In this document: one piece after another, positions 27,480 to 41,305 of the stretch
Layout of the letters: each line of letters begins with the position of its first letter
How positions within the stretch are numbered: position 1 is the stretch's first letter
NCBI RefSeq assembly: GCF_009914755.1
Contig: NC_060928.1
Reading direction: 5' to 3' (one strand)
From: the human T2T-CHM13v2.0 reference genome, Homo sapiens
Length of the DNA: 64,000 bases
The notes under the pieces: generated by a model
What the model was told of the DNA's origin: nothing
The model's input: only the letters and a program-made list of their open reading frames with translations
Database searches by the model: none
Position numbers and translations under genes: made by a program

Positions 27480-29305
27480 TAGAAAGTTTTAATAAATACA
27501 GCAAGGATGCAGGGTACAAGATTCAAAATACAAAAATCAATTGTGTTTCCAGCAATGATCAACTTGAAAATAAAAGTAAGAAAACAATTTCACTTATGAT
27601 AACATCAAAAATGATAAAACTCCTAGGAGCAGCTACAGAACATTGTTGAAAGAAATTAAAGGCCTGAAATGATGGAAAGCTACCTCATGTTTATTAATGG
27701 AAAAATTTAATATTTTTAAAGTGCCAGTACTCCTCAACTTGATGTATACATTCAAAGCAATTAGTATCAAAATTCCAGCTGGCTTCTTTGAAGAATTTAC
27801 AAACTGATTGTGAAATTCAGGTGGAAATTTAAGGAGCTCAAAATAACCAAAAATGTGGAAAAAAAGAACAAAATGGGAGGACTCACACATCCTGACTGCA
27901 AAACTGCAGTGTTAAGGACATCGTGGTACTAACATAAGGATAGACAAATAGATCAATAGAATTAAGACTTCAGGAATAAACCCTCACATTTATAGTCAAA
28001 TAATCTTCAGCAGTGGTGCCAAATAATTCAATGGGGAAAAAATTTTATTTTCAACAAAATGATGCAGAGAAAACACGATATCCACACGTAAAAGAATGAA
28101 GTTGGGCCTTAGCTCATATCACACATGAAAATTAATTCAAAATGTACTAAAGGTCTATATGTAAGAGCTAAATTTATAAAACTCTTGGAAAAGTACATAT
28201 GTGTAAACCTTCACATCATGGGTTAGGCAATAGTTTCTAAGACATGACACCAAAGCCCCAGCAACAAAGGAAAATTTGATAAATTTGACTTCATCAAAAT
28301 TTTTAAAATGTTTGTGCTTCAAAGGACAGTATGAAGAAAGTGAAAAGCCAACTCACTGAATGTGTAGGAATATTTGCAAAACATATATCTGATAAGAAGC
28401 TAGTATTCAGAATATAAAAAGGACCCTAACATCTCAACTATAAATAACCCAATTAAAAAATGTGAATAGACATTTCTCCAAAGAAGATGTACAAATACCC
28501 AATGAGCACATGAAAAGATGTTTGACGTCGTTAGTCATTAGGGAAAGGCACATCAAAATCACAATAAGATACCATTATCTTCTTCATATAATAAATAAAA
28601 GGATAACTGTACATCAAAGAGACTAATAATTAAGTGTTGGCACTAATGGGGATAAATTGAACACGTGCATTACTGTGGAAATGTAAAATTGTGTATCTAC
28701 TTTAAAAAATAGTTTGGCAGTTTCTCAAAAACAAAAAGTTAAAGAGTTACCATATGACCCAGAAATTTCACTCCTAGCTATACACCTATGAGAAATGTAA
28801 ACATACATCTATACAAAAAGTTGTACCTGAATGTACATTGAAGCATTACTCAAAATAGCCAAGAAGTGTAAGCAACCAAAATGCCCATCCATTCATGAAT
28901 GACTAAACAAAATGCAGCATATCTATACAATGGAATATTATTCAACAACAAAGGAACAAAATGCTGATACATATCAAAATATAGATGAACATTGAATACA
29001 TTATGCCAAGTTAAAGAAGCCAGACACAAAAGACCGCATATGGTACAATTCACTTTATATGAAACATACAAAACAGACAAATCAATAGAGATAAAAAGTA
29101 CATCAGTGTTTACCAGAGTTTGAAGTGGGGAGGGAGAGAAAGGAAATGGCTGCTAATGGGTAAGTGGGTTCTGTTTGGCCTGGTGAAAATACTCTGGAAT
29201 TAGGTAGTGGTGACGATTGCACAATTTTGTTAATATAATTAAAACTACTGAATTTTATCCTATAAAGTGGTGAATTTTATGATATGTGAATTACGTCTCA
29301 AAAAA
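27480..29305 (+). mobile_element. L1MB (L1MB7/8-like) ORF2 3' half and 3'UTR
   Basis: Continuous ORF2 homology (gcagggtacaagatt...gagttaccatatgacccagaaatttcactcctag) ending gtgaattttatgatatgtgaattacgtctcaa. Confidence 0.85.
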
Positions 29306-29332
29306 GAACATAATAAAGTTTGAAAATCAGGT

Positions 29333-29766
29333 TGTATTATTAGTCCATTCTCGCACTGCTATAAAGAAATACCTGAGACTGGGCAATTTATAAAGAAAAC
29401 AAAAGGGGTTTAATTGTCTCACAGTTCTGCAGGCTGTACAGGAAGTGTAGCGGCTTGTGCTTCTGGAGGGAGGCCTTAGGAAGCTTTCGATCATGGTAGA
29501 AGGCAAAGCAGAAGCGAGGCACTTCACATGGCTGGAGTAGGAGGAAGGAGGCGGGGAGGTGCCACACACTTGTAAACAAGCAAATCTCAGGAGAACGCAC
29601 TATTGCAACAAAGCCAGGGCTGGTGGGGTGGTGAGGGAGGGATGGTGTTAAACCATGAGGAAACCTCCCCCATGAGCCAATCAACTCCCACCAGACCCCA
29701 CTTCTAGCATTGGGGATTATATTTCAACATGAGAATTGGGCGGAGATACAGATTCAAACCATACCA
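29333..29766 (-). mobile_element. MSTA-like MaLR solo LTR
   Basis: tgtatta..gtccattctcgcactgctataaagaaatacctgagactggg...acagattcaaaccatacca. Confidence 0.9.
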
Positions 29767-30289
29767 CATGATGAAAGCAATTGTATTATTTTGAGTAACT
29801 AATCTTCGATGACCTGAAATTTGGAATTTATTGAACTTTTTTATAAATTATTTTAGATATATAATGAAGATAAATGTATAGTCTTTTCTATTCTTTGCAA
29901 AGCATTTTTGGGAAAGTATCTTTTTTTCATCTTATATCCTAAATTGGTGAATTTCACAAATTGAAAACCTCCAGCTATTTTTATTTTGTTTTTCTTCCTT
30001 TTGTCCCCAATGTTAGTTTTCAAGGCATCTTTCTGTTTTAAAATACAGATTTTATTATTATTCAAGTCTGGTGAGGCCAACAGATCAAGGGATGACTGAC
30101 GTCGAAAAGATAACTTGTTGCTTAGTTCCCAAAATGGACATACCATGCCATGAAAAAACAACATAAATTTATTTATAGGCACTAAGGTCAAATGAGACTT
30201 TAAGAAAATTTAAAAAAAAATTATCACTTGAATATATTAATAACCTTATTCCGTCTTCCCTTCTTCCCTGGGGAAATGCCAGGTTGGCC

Positions 30290-30678
30290 AGGAAGCTGTG
30301 GAAAAACAAGGTCAAGAGACTTTATTGTGGTTTTCAGGGAAAGAAGTGGGCAAGGTGGTGTAAGCAGGTTTAGGGTCACTACTTTAAGTAATCTCCACAG
30401 GTTCTGAGGCATAAGGACTGTTCCTAATACCTGGTACCCGGCCTTGGGGTGTTTGGAGCAAAGGAATATTGGTCCAGAGTTTTAGAACCTTATAGAAGAG
30501 GTGGGGTGTGGTGGTGGCTGTGAGTTCTGCATTGGTTAGTCTGCATATAAAAGACACAGTCACATTGGATCCTTTTCTGACTCTAGGGATTGGCTAGTCC
30601 CAGGACAGACAGTCTCACCAGGGTTCGTAAAGCGCCCCATATCAAAACTTCCTAACAGAGTGTGACATGCTTCACACA
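30290..30678 (-). mobile_element. MER76-like ERVL LTR fragment
   Basis: caagagactttattgtggttt...gtaagcaggtttagg...ctggtacccggccttggggtg...ggattggctagtcccagg resembles the recalled MER76 antisense consensus. Confidence 0.65.
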
Positions 30679-32529
30679 CCCTCCTTGATTTCTTTACTTC
30701 GAAATCTACCCTCAAATGCTTTTAGTCTAATAAATTGAAGTGGTTGACATATTAAAATGTACCACCCCCAAGAGACACCACATACAAGCAGGCCTCATCC
30801 AACAGGTGAGTTAAATGCATATCATATAGGAAGTTCTTACAGAGGCTCCACAACAGCTGGGAGTTAGGCTATTCTGTCCTGTGTTTCCAGAAATAAGAGC
30901 TGATGGAATAGCAAACATAATATAAAGCACACTACAAATATTGTCATGTTGCTTTATTTATGTCATGACTCCTCTTTGTGACATTTAGAAAAGTCTTATA
31001 AATGGGAATCTAAACCAAATGCAAACCAGTATTCTCAAATAAATATGGAGGTCATAATACCAGGCTTATCATTAAGTCCACCAGCAAGCAAATGTGTTCA
31101 GTTGTCTTAGTGGTTTTTGTCAAATACAAAACTTAAGAGAACCAAAAAGTCTTGCCAGGTTTCCAACTCTTCTATTCCTTTAACTAGTTATTGTATTTCA
31201 TTTTTGTTAAGGAATGCTTTAAACAAATATTTTTCTCTTAGATTCTTTATGAGCACTTATAGCTGCAGACATCCAACTGAAACTTTTTCTGCCCACTAGT
31301 TCCATATTTCATTTTAGTTAAATTTAGAGAATCCACCCTGGAAAGTGTGGCATATGGTATCATCGCACAGTGGAAAGAAGAATGTAGATTTGCTTACTGA
31401 GGGAAAGGCCAATGAGAATTTAAGAAGATTCAGAGGGCAAATCAAAATCATTGCATGTGCTAATAAATTTATCCCCTCTCCCAAATAAGAAAATTATATT
31501 TAAGTACACACACGCACACATGCACACAGTGATAAAAATTTGCACTCTTTTCTCATCACCATTGTAATTCTCAAATATGAGATCTTTCCTTTTAATTGTT
31601 CACTCACAAAGATTTAATTAGCCAAATTTCTAAAATGTGACAATCAAGCTGCCAAAAATCAGCCATAGTTTTGACTCGTAGGTCTGTAAAGAATTACTTG
31701 GTGGCAATCAGAATGAATTGCAAAGCTTATGTCCAAAAATTTTTTCATACCACATAAACACAGCAATTGGTGTGGTAATTCTTCTTGATTGCACTAGCTG
31801 GGGGAATTTAGCAGAAAATGCCAAAAGTTAGTTAAGGTATGCTATCTACTGGGCTATGTGTCATAAAACTGCTAAATACATGTACATGTAGATTATATAC
31901 ACATACACACATAAAATATATTCAATATAGAGTTTATTTTTAAGCTATGTTACTGAGAAACGAGTGCTATTAGGAACATAGAACCATCTTCTATACAGAC
32001 ACTAAAACTCAGGATTTACTTGGGCAAAGGTGGAATTCAGCACATTTAATATAGTTTTCTAATTCTCCCATGACATAGTGCTATTCTTCACATGAGTTTT
32101 GTTGTTTGTAAATACTGTTTATGTTCAGGGATAATAGAGGAATAAAAATGAATAAAAGAAAGCTGAGTTTCATGTTAAAAAATGATTGCTCCAGCTTGAA
32201 TCCCTATTAATATGTTCTTATAACCAAATTTTATGTTTTCATCAAATCAAACTCTCATGGAGAATGGCAAGGTGCTAGCAGCTCAAAGTCACTATGCAAA
32301 AAAGTAATATCTCAAATAATATTAATACCTCTAACAGAAAGCATAGACACCATACACACTCATAACATGGTGTTAGACCTGTCAATCAAAACTGTGGCTG
32401 GTTTTTGGCAGCGTGATTATCACATTTTAGAAATTTGGCTAACTGAAACTTTGAGCGAACAATTAAAAGAAAAGATCTTATATTTGAGAATTAAAAGAGT
32501 GACAAAACAAGAATACAAATTCTTACTAT

Positions 32530-32532
<3 letters not shown>

Positions 32533-32594
<62 letters not shown>
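32533..32594. repeat. Compound (CT)15(GT)16 microsatellite
   Basis: Directly visible. Confidence 0.97.
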
Positions 32595-32596
<2 letters not shown>

Positions 32597-32745
32597 TTAA
32601 ATATAACTTTCTTATTTGGAGGAAGGGATAAGTAGGTGTTAATAGGAGTTCCAATTTCAAAATATGTCTGTTTTATTCATCAGCTGGACTTCTCTCTCAA
32701 AGATCAGTCAATTGATCTCAAATGCCCTTAAGAGTGTAAAAAATT

Positions 32746-33058
<313 letters not shown>

Positions 33059-34920
33059 TTATCCCCAAGTATAGAGATCTTAATATCAACTTAAAAAAGA
33101 ATGTTATATATCATAAAGCATGACACATCTATGAGTTAAAAACACTTTACCTGATGTTACCATCTGCTGGAACTAAGACTACTTCATGTGTCCCACGGTG
33201 CAGGGAGGGCAGAGGCAATAGGCGGAAGCTCCTCCAAAGAATACAGGAAGAGTGATGTTGGATGCAATCCTCTCATAAAAGAATTAAAATGACAAAATTC
33301 AGGATTACTCCCAAATGTGTAGCATTAAAAAAAGACAAGAGTAGTAACGTAAACGAGCATTTTTAATGCTGAAAACAAGCTACTTATCTAATTATAACCT
33401 TTATTTTGGAAAGAAAACACCAAATAATACAACAGATCTCTACAATTTAATGTACACATGCTATATACCAGCTTTTGTGCTAAGAAAATTAAGATTATTT
33501 TATTTATTCTTAGAACAACTCTAAACCATAGAAACTGTTAATGGCTCCTTTTTTATAAAGGAAACCTTAGAGAATAACTCCCTAAGTCTCACCTCATAAG
33601 TGGGCCCAGTATGTGAAGGGCTTAAAAGTTGTTATCCAGGAGTGATATTTAAAAACATATCAACGTGTTATTTATAGTTGACACTTCATTATTGCTAACT
33701 TTCAGATGATTTCTAAAAAGTCTTTTTATATTATTAATTTGTATAGAAAGATTACCAGTAAAATGTAATTTCTCCTAATGCTGTGTAAATATCCATGTTG
33801 AGACAAATCCCTCACCACACAGCTAAAATATAATGAGGCATCTTCAGTAGTTTTCTCTTTTTAGAAGTGATTCATTTATGTTCAGCAATTTCTTGGTCAG
33901 TTCAGGTCAGAAAGTCTAAGAGTGAGCAGGAGATTGTTTTTCCAGTGACAGACGTTACAGAGGAAGAAAGCAACAATGGAAGCTGGAAAAGTTTACTATG
34001 ATACTAGTTATTTCCTTGTATGGAAAAATTCTTCCTTTATATGGACAAATTTTGATCAGGGTCAGTGGAAAACAACTGAAGTCTTTCAGAAAATTGCAGG
34101 GTTTCTTACACTCTTGGAAGGCACATCTGTCAGCACACTCAATCAAGCCATCATGTCACTGCTATTTCTTTAGAAAAGCCAAATAAATAGGTACACAAAG
34201 ATTACATCAATTTAGGCGGAAGTTCTTAATCATCAAAGCTCAAATAATGGATGAAAAACATGTGTAACTTGCATTAAACAGATGGTTTTCCTACTCTAAT
34301 GGCCTAGTTGACAATTGTAGGAGAGATAAAAAGAGAAGGTGAAAGAAAGATAACTTTAATTCAGATCATCCTGGTTTGTGGCCCTTTCAGTAAAGACTAA
34401 GTATAAGATCCCGGTTAAGATATTTAATCCATCTCAATTTTACTGTCCTCACATATAAAAGAAATATGCATAATATTAAAAATTTTTATATAGCTATAAC
34501 TATGTCTGTATTGCTTGAGAGAGTAGGAGCTCCAAAACTGATAACTATTTTTATTAAGCCAGCCTTAGTCTTAAAAGTACTTTTTATTTTTGCTTCTTTC
34601 TTAGTTTTCTTTAAAAATAATTGTGATCAGAACACTTAAGATCCATACTCTTAACAAATTTTTAAGTGTACAAATGATTATAGATACAATGCTGTATAGT
34701 AGATCTTTGAAGCTTATTCACCTTGCTTTACCAAAACTTTGTGCCTGTTGATTAGTAAGTCCCCATTTCTCCTCCCTCCAGCCCCTAGCAACCATTTTAT
34801 TCTTTGATTCCATGAATTTGACTATTTTAGATGTGTCATGTAAGTAGAATCATGCAGTATTTGTCTTTCTGTGACTGCCTTATTTCACTTAGCATAGTAT
34901 CCTCAAAATTCACCCATATT

Positions 34921-35214
<294 letters not shown>

Positions 35215-35745
35215 TTACCCATATTGTCACATATTTCAGAATTTCCTTTTTGTGAAGGCTGAATAGTATTCCACTGTATGTATTTACTACATTTTCTTTA
35301 TCCATTCATCTGTTCATGGACATTTAAGTTTCTTCCATATCTTAGCTATTGTGAATAGTGCTGCAACAAACATAGGGGGACTCATATTTCTTGAAGATAT
35401 TAACTTCAATTCTTTTGTATAAATATCTAGAAGTGGGATTGCTGTATATCATACCATAGTTCTATTTTTAAATTTCTGATGAATCTCCATACTATTTTCC
35501 ATAGAAACTGCATCATTTTGCATCCCCACCAATAGTGTGCAAAGGTTTCAATTTCTCCACATATTCACCAGCACTTGTCTTTTGATATTTTGATAATAGA
35601 CATCCTGACAGGTAAGAGGAAATATCTCATTTTGGTTTTGATTTGCATCTCCCTGATGATTAGTGATGTTGAACATCTTTGTCATATACCTGTTGGCCAT
35701 TTTTATGTCTTCTTTGGAGAAATATCTATTCAGGTCCCTAGTCTA

Positions 35746-35862
35746 TTTATTATTATTATTTTTTAATAGAGATGGTGGTCTCTCTATGTTGCCCAGGCAG
35801 GTCTCTAGCTCCTTGACTCAAGTGATCTGCCCACCTTGGTCTCCCAAAATGCTGGAATTAAC
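35746..35862 (-). mobile_element. FLAM / Alu left-monomer fragment
   Basis: tagagatgg..tctctctatgttgcccaggcaggtct...ctcaagtgatctgcccaccttggtctcccaaaatgctggaatta. Confidence 0.8.
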
Positions 35863-37079
35863 CTGGTCCCTTTTAAATCAGGTTATTAGGTTTTTGCTTT
35901 TACTATGAGTCTCTTATTTTTTTGCAGATTAACCACTTATCAAATACACAGTTTGTAAATATTTTATCCCATTCCTTAGATCACCCTTTTCACTCTGTTT
36001 CTTCTTCTTCTTCTTATTTTTTAACACAGCAGAAGCTTTTTGGTTTTATGTAGTTCTACTTGTTTGTTTTTGTTTTTCTTGCCTTGCTTTTGGTGTCATA
36101 TCACCTTATGGCTATTTCTAATGGTTACTTTTGAGTCACCTTCTTGATCAGTGTTTTCTCAAACTTATTTCTGAAAATTCTCAAGATTTACAAAATAAAA
36201 CAGTAGGGATCCTTGAAAATACAGATTATATAATAAGAAGAATTATGAATTTTGTAATGGAGGTATACCAATATTATAACATATAATCATTCCTAAAATT
36301 ACTTTAATAATAGGGTCTTTTTTTTCCTGTAGGGTATTGATGGAACCTTGACAAAACACAGTTGTAATGAGCATATATTGCTTTTTCCCAGTTGTCTTTC
36401 TGCGATAACCAGCAGAATAAGAAAAAATTGAATAAGTTTTTCTGTGTACACTGGCACAAAATAAGGTCTTTGAAAATAAAATTGAGTTAAGCTTTTAAAA
36501 CTTTTGAATTCTATAATAAAGAAAAGGCTTAGGAAATTCTCTCATCCTTTTCATGAATTCAGATAGCCACTTCTAACAGATATTCAAATAATGAAAGTGG
36601 TAAAAACTCAATTTCTAGCTCATAAGCCTGAAGAGACTTTAGAGTTAAATAAAGGATAAAATCCCAAGAATAAAAGTGTAGAAAAGCTCCTTATCTTCAT
36701 CCTGTTTATTCAACATATAAGATCACTCTTTGATGTACACACAAATCTATCCCCGGGTGGGTAAAAAATATAGGCTGGATGTTTTACTTCTGTAATGGGT
36801 GATTACTACACAAACTAAAATAAAGAAGGAACTAAAACTTTTTGTAGAAGATCAGGGAAAGAACACTTCACCTAAAGCACAAATTCATTCTTGTGATAAA
36901 ATTTGAGTCTCTAGTTTTATGCTATGTGACGGACATAGAGCAGTTACAAAAACAAACATTTTTTGCATGTAACTTTATGTAAGCTTATTTTCTTTAAATA
37001 TCAGAAGTGTAAAGGGAAATGAGTAAAATATTATATTTTGGAAAAGAGAGTAGAAAGGTAACAATCCAGAGATGTCAAT

Positions 37080-37490
37080 CATTTATATTGTCCTTCGGTC
37101 ATTCATACATACTTTCCACTGTGTTAAATGTTGCTGAGGGAGTAACGAGGGGAATTAAATGTGAAGAAACTCAAAGACAGTGGGTGAACTTAGAACAACG
37201 TCTAATGGAGTGATGGCCCAGAGGCCATTTTACAATGGGTTGAAAAGAAAGTGTCAGATGAAGAAATGGACACATTGATTATAAACATCTCATTTCATCA
37301 GTTTGGCTCAGGAGACTAGAAAAAACTAATGCTCTAACTGGTGTGTTTATTTTACTTTAATTGGTTAAATGTGAGGGTTTAATGGAGAAATTCGAGAGTT
37401 AAGAATAGAGTATGGGGAATTTTAGTTAAGAGAGAAGTTGAATATGCTGAGGAGAGAAGGAAAAAATTCAATGTAAGTTTCTGAGGAACT
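37080..37490 (-). mobile_element. Degenerate L2 fragment
   Basis: Purine-rich L2-like stretch (atggagtgatggccccagaggccattttacaatgggttgaaaag...gatgaagaaatggacaca). Confidence 0.5.
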
Positions 37491-37649
37491 AGGAGGAGAA
37501 AGAAAAGAAATTATGCCGTGTTCGGGCAAAGAACCTGCTTTTAAAAAAGAAAAAGAATCAGAAACAATTGGTATCCTCTTTCATTTCAGTGCTTCTGTAA
37601 CTTAAATATAGGCAAAAAGAAAAAAAAGAAAAAGAAAAAAAAACACAAC

Positions 37650-37775
37650 TGAGAGCCTTTTAAATGCAGATTTGGGTTCATCAGGTCTGAGTTGGGGCCT
37701 TAGAGTCGACATTTCTAACAGATTTCCAGGTGCTTCTCATGCTGTAGTGAGCAGATCACATTCGCAGCAGCAAGG
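37650..37775. mobile_element. MER5A1-like hAT-Charlie fragment
   Basis: caggtctgagttggggcc...catttctaacagatttccaggtg...gcagcaagg. Confidence 0.6.
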
Positions 37776-39604
37776 CTGTGTTTCTATATTTGGTACTAAT
37801 AAATGACAAGCTCCCAGCATCTGGCTGTAATTTTCTATTAATTAGAAATGGCCATCAAACAGTTGGAGGGAGGAGAGTAAGGTTGGTTAGAATAAGGGTG
37901 GTTAGAGCATTGACATAATTTTTCAGAGGCCACGTGAGTTGATTGGACCAGAGACATGATAAAATTATAAGCAGTACATTGAGGGCCTCCCAGTATGTGT
38001 TGTGACCAATTTATAACAGAACTTGCCTCTGCTGATGGGCCTCTTTCCACATTCTCTGTCCAGAGAAAATGCACGGTTGGTTTCATCCAAGATTAGGGTT
38101 GTGTGTGGAGATACAATGCAAAAACAACAGAGAGTCAAGAATGTATGTTATTACTGAAAAGGTGCTCCATGTAAACTAAGCTGGTTAAATAAAGAGGGAA
38201 GTTAAGCGTCACTAGTGTTAACGAATAGAGAGCAATAAAGGGATCCTTGTTTGTAAGTATCACTAAGGTCAGATGTTTCTTTTTGTTTTTTGGATTTTGT
38301 TGTTTTATTTTAGTTTAATTTTTATTCTTGATGTATATTTATATGTTGCTATGTAACATAAGCTGATTAGAGTCTAATTCAATCAGCAGACATTAATTAA
38401 GAAGCATAAAGCTGGGAAATTCCCATGTCTGTTATGTGCACTAGTAAGGATCAGTAGCCTAAAGACCCACATTGCAGTGTTATTCTGCTCCTGTTCATAA
38501 TTTACAAGATTGTACTCCAAATGGAGGCCTGTGAGTTTAGTATTCTGATCAATGATCTAAGGTATTGGCTAAAGAATTACAAGTAGAATACTGGGAAAAG
38601 GATAAAACTGATAGTGAAAAAAAAAAAGATTGTTGTTAAAATCAAATAAGAGTGTTTATGAATATAAGCCAGTTGAGCAGGATTCAGAGTTCATAATAAG
38701 CCATAGAGTTCATTACCTGAAGAGAAGGTTTACTTAAATCGTATTCAGTAGATGCAGCTGGGATTACAGAACAGGCTACAGGTCAGCCGACCAAACACCA
38801 CAGATCTGCTAGAGACCACCAAGGAAGCCTTTGGCCCCCTCTTCTGAGAAGCACTGACCTGTAAAGACCATGTGTGAGTCAGGCCAGACTGGCCAGCAAA
38901 ACTAAACTAGGAGTCAGGAGATAAAAAAACACTGCTCCAAAAATCCTTAAACCAAAGTCGCCTCAGTGATGTTCTACTCCTGCTATTTTAAAGGCAAGAT
39001 TCTCTTAGTAAGAATGTTCTACTGCTGACATTTGAAAGACAAGATTCTCTTTGTGGAAGGTTTGCTGCCCAGGATTTACCAATCTTGTCTCTTCTTTGAA
39101 AAGCCCTTCCTTCAAAAGAAATACACTCCATCCACCACAGAATAACAAGCACAATTTGATATAAAAATTATTAATTCATAGCAATGGCAAAATATCACAC
39201 AAAATCAGGTAACCTCCAGGTAGAATGTTTGTATTATTAAATTTATTTGGCTTAAAAGGAAGTCTCTTCTATTAAAGTTTTGAATATTTACCTCAATACT
39301 TTGAAAAAAATTAATTAATTTGATCATAGACAAATGATGGGAGACACTTCTAATCTGTATGAGACTCCTAAAGTTTTCTTCTGAGGTCCTAGGCCAAATA
39401 CTGAAATATAAATAAAATATTTTTTGAACACACATGGGTGGCTATTCTATTTCAATAGAACTAGACATTTCATTCAGAAATGCCTTAAACTTTTTTTCCC
39501 CGGCATCCCACACAAGTTTCATGATTTGTGTCTCAGCTGTTTTTATTTTTTAAATTCTGTATCAATACTTGTGAACTCTGAACTTGCCCAGATGATAGTA
39601 TTGC

Positions 39605-39745
39605 ATTGGGTTAGAAGCATAGATAGAATCGGAGAACTGGAGTTCAAACTCCAGCTCTCCTCCTTAGTAACAGGGTTAACCATCAGCATTTGCTTAATCT
39701 CTCTGTGCCTCGTTTTCGCCAGCTTGGCAAGCTGTGAGTGCTATG
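39605..39745 (+). mobile_element. MIR fragment
   Basis: ggagttcaaactccagctct...cttaatctctctgtgcctcgttttc (MIR core). Confidence 0.65.
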
Positions 39746-39752
39746 CAAGTTT

Positions 39753-40313
39753 TGTTGAAGCAAAAATTGTTACTGGACAATTTAAACAGAAAGAGGATAT
39801 TTTAGGTAAGGCTATTGAAATAGGGCAGAGAGGCCAGAATTCAGTATGAACTCAAACAGTGTGAAACAAAATGTGGGAGGCTTTTTAAGTGCTGTGGTGA
39901 GAGAGTGGAAAAGTACTAGAGGATACTAGCAGAGAAGTTGGTCACTGTGCAGAGCATACTGAGTTATTTATAGTTTTCTTTTTTTTTTTTTCTGCATGGT
40001 TAGATCATCTTTGTATATTATGTGGCACCACTCACCCACATTAGGCTTACCCTCTCACAGGGGCTAGGAAATAGGAGCTATCTTCCTGAGATTGTGTCTG
40101 AAAAAGATAGCTCCCAGGTCCTTGAGGAAGACATTCTTGTATTAGAAACTAGCAGAAGGCCTTAAAAAAGATTTACGTCTCAAAGGAACAAAGAAAGAAT
40201 TTACAATGACAAGTTTTCTAAAGTAAATAAATGCTCTTAAGTCAGAGTCTACAGTCAGGAAAAATGTCTACAATGTAGTCCAGCTGAGGGGAACATTAAG
40301 GTCTTCTTGGCCA
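39753..40313 (-). mobile_element. MER67-like ERV1 solo LTR
   Basis: TG...CA ends. gctattgaaatagggcagagaggccagaattcagt; ctcccaggtccttgaggaagacattc; gctgaggggaacattaaggtcttcttggcca. 4-bp TSD gttt/gtat. Confidence 0.8.
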
Positions 40314-40757
40314 GTATCTATTGTTGCTTTAATTATAATCATTATTGTTAAGATGAAAGTTTGAGCCTTCGACACCTGGTGAGTGAATGCACAGAAATGT
40401 TTTTTTTTTAATTCCTGGGTTGTTATCAAATGATATTAAAATAACTTTTGTTTTTTCAGGACACCAGCAATGTCTGAATTCAGTTCAAAACACTTTCCTC
40501 TGCGCAGATTTTTCAACATGTGACATATACATGAGAATCAGTGACACATTGAAACCAAAATAGCACACATTTGTAGGATAAACGAAAATCCCAACGAAGG
40601 GAACTCTGATACATCCAGTTAGGTCTGCGAAGAAATCCCATTTCCTAGACAATTAAACCTAAATAGAATCTAACCAAGGCAGGCTATGTGGCCCGAGTAC
40701 TACTCTGCTTTTTTCAACTAAACCTCGCTGACCTTTACTTTAAAAAATGTAGTTTAT

Positions 40758-41110
<353 letters not shown>

Positions 41111-41254
41111 TTAAAAGTACAGGTTACATAGAAAGTTGGGCCTTTTTACAACTCCTGATTGAGTGAATTGGATAGAAGTAGAACAGAAATCCACGGACTC
41201 CGGCTTTTTCATGCTCAGTGCACCCTAGAATCTGAAAACTTGGTAGCATTTCAC

Positions 41255-41305
41255 CTTCTGTGGGAATGTCTGATACATTCCCACAGAAGACGTTCCTACA
41301 GAAGG
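41255..41305. repeat. Perfect 15-bp inverted repeat with duplicated right arm
   Basis: CTTCTGTGGGAATGT-ctgat-ACATTCCCACAGAAG, followed by ACGTTCCTACAGAAGG. Confidence 0.95.

Noticed and set aside
33955-34186. Three overlapping ~63-aa ORFs in unique DNA
   Set aside because: They are short, match no known protein and lack a convincing splice donor. This density is expected by chance.
39424-39849. Longest ORF in the track (141 aa)
   Set aside because: It has a non-ATG start, runs through a MIR into an antisense LTR, and shows no recognisable domain.
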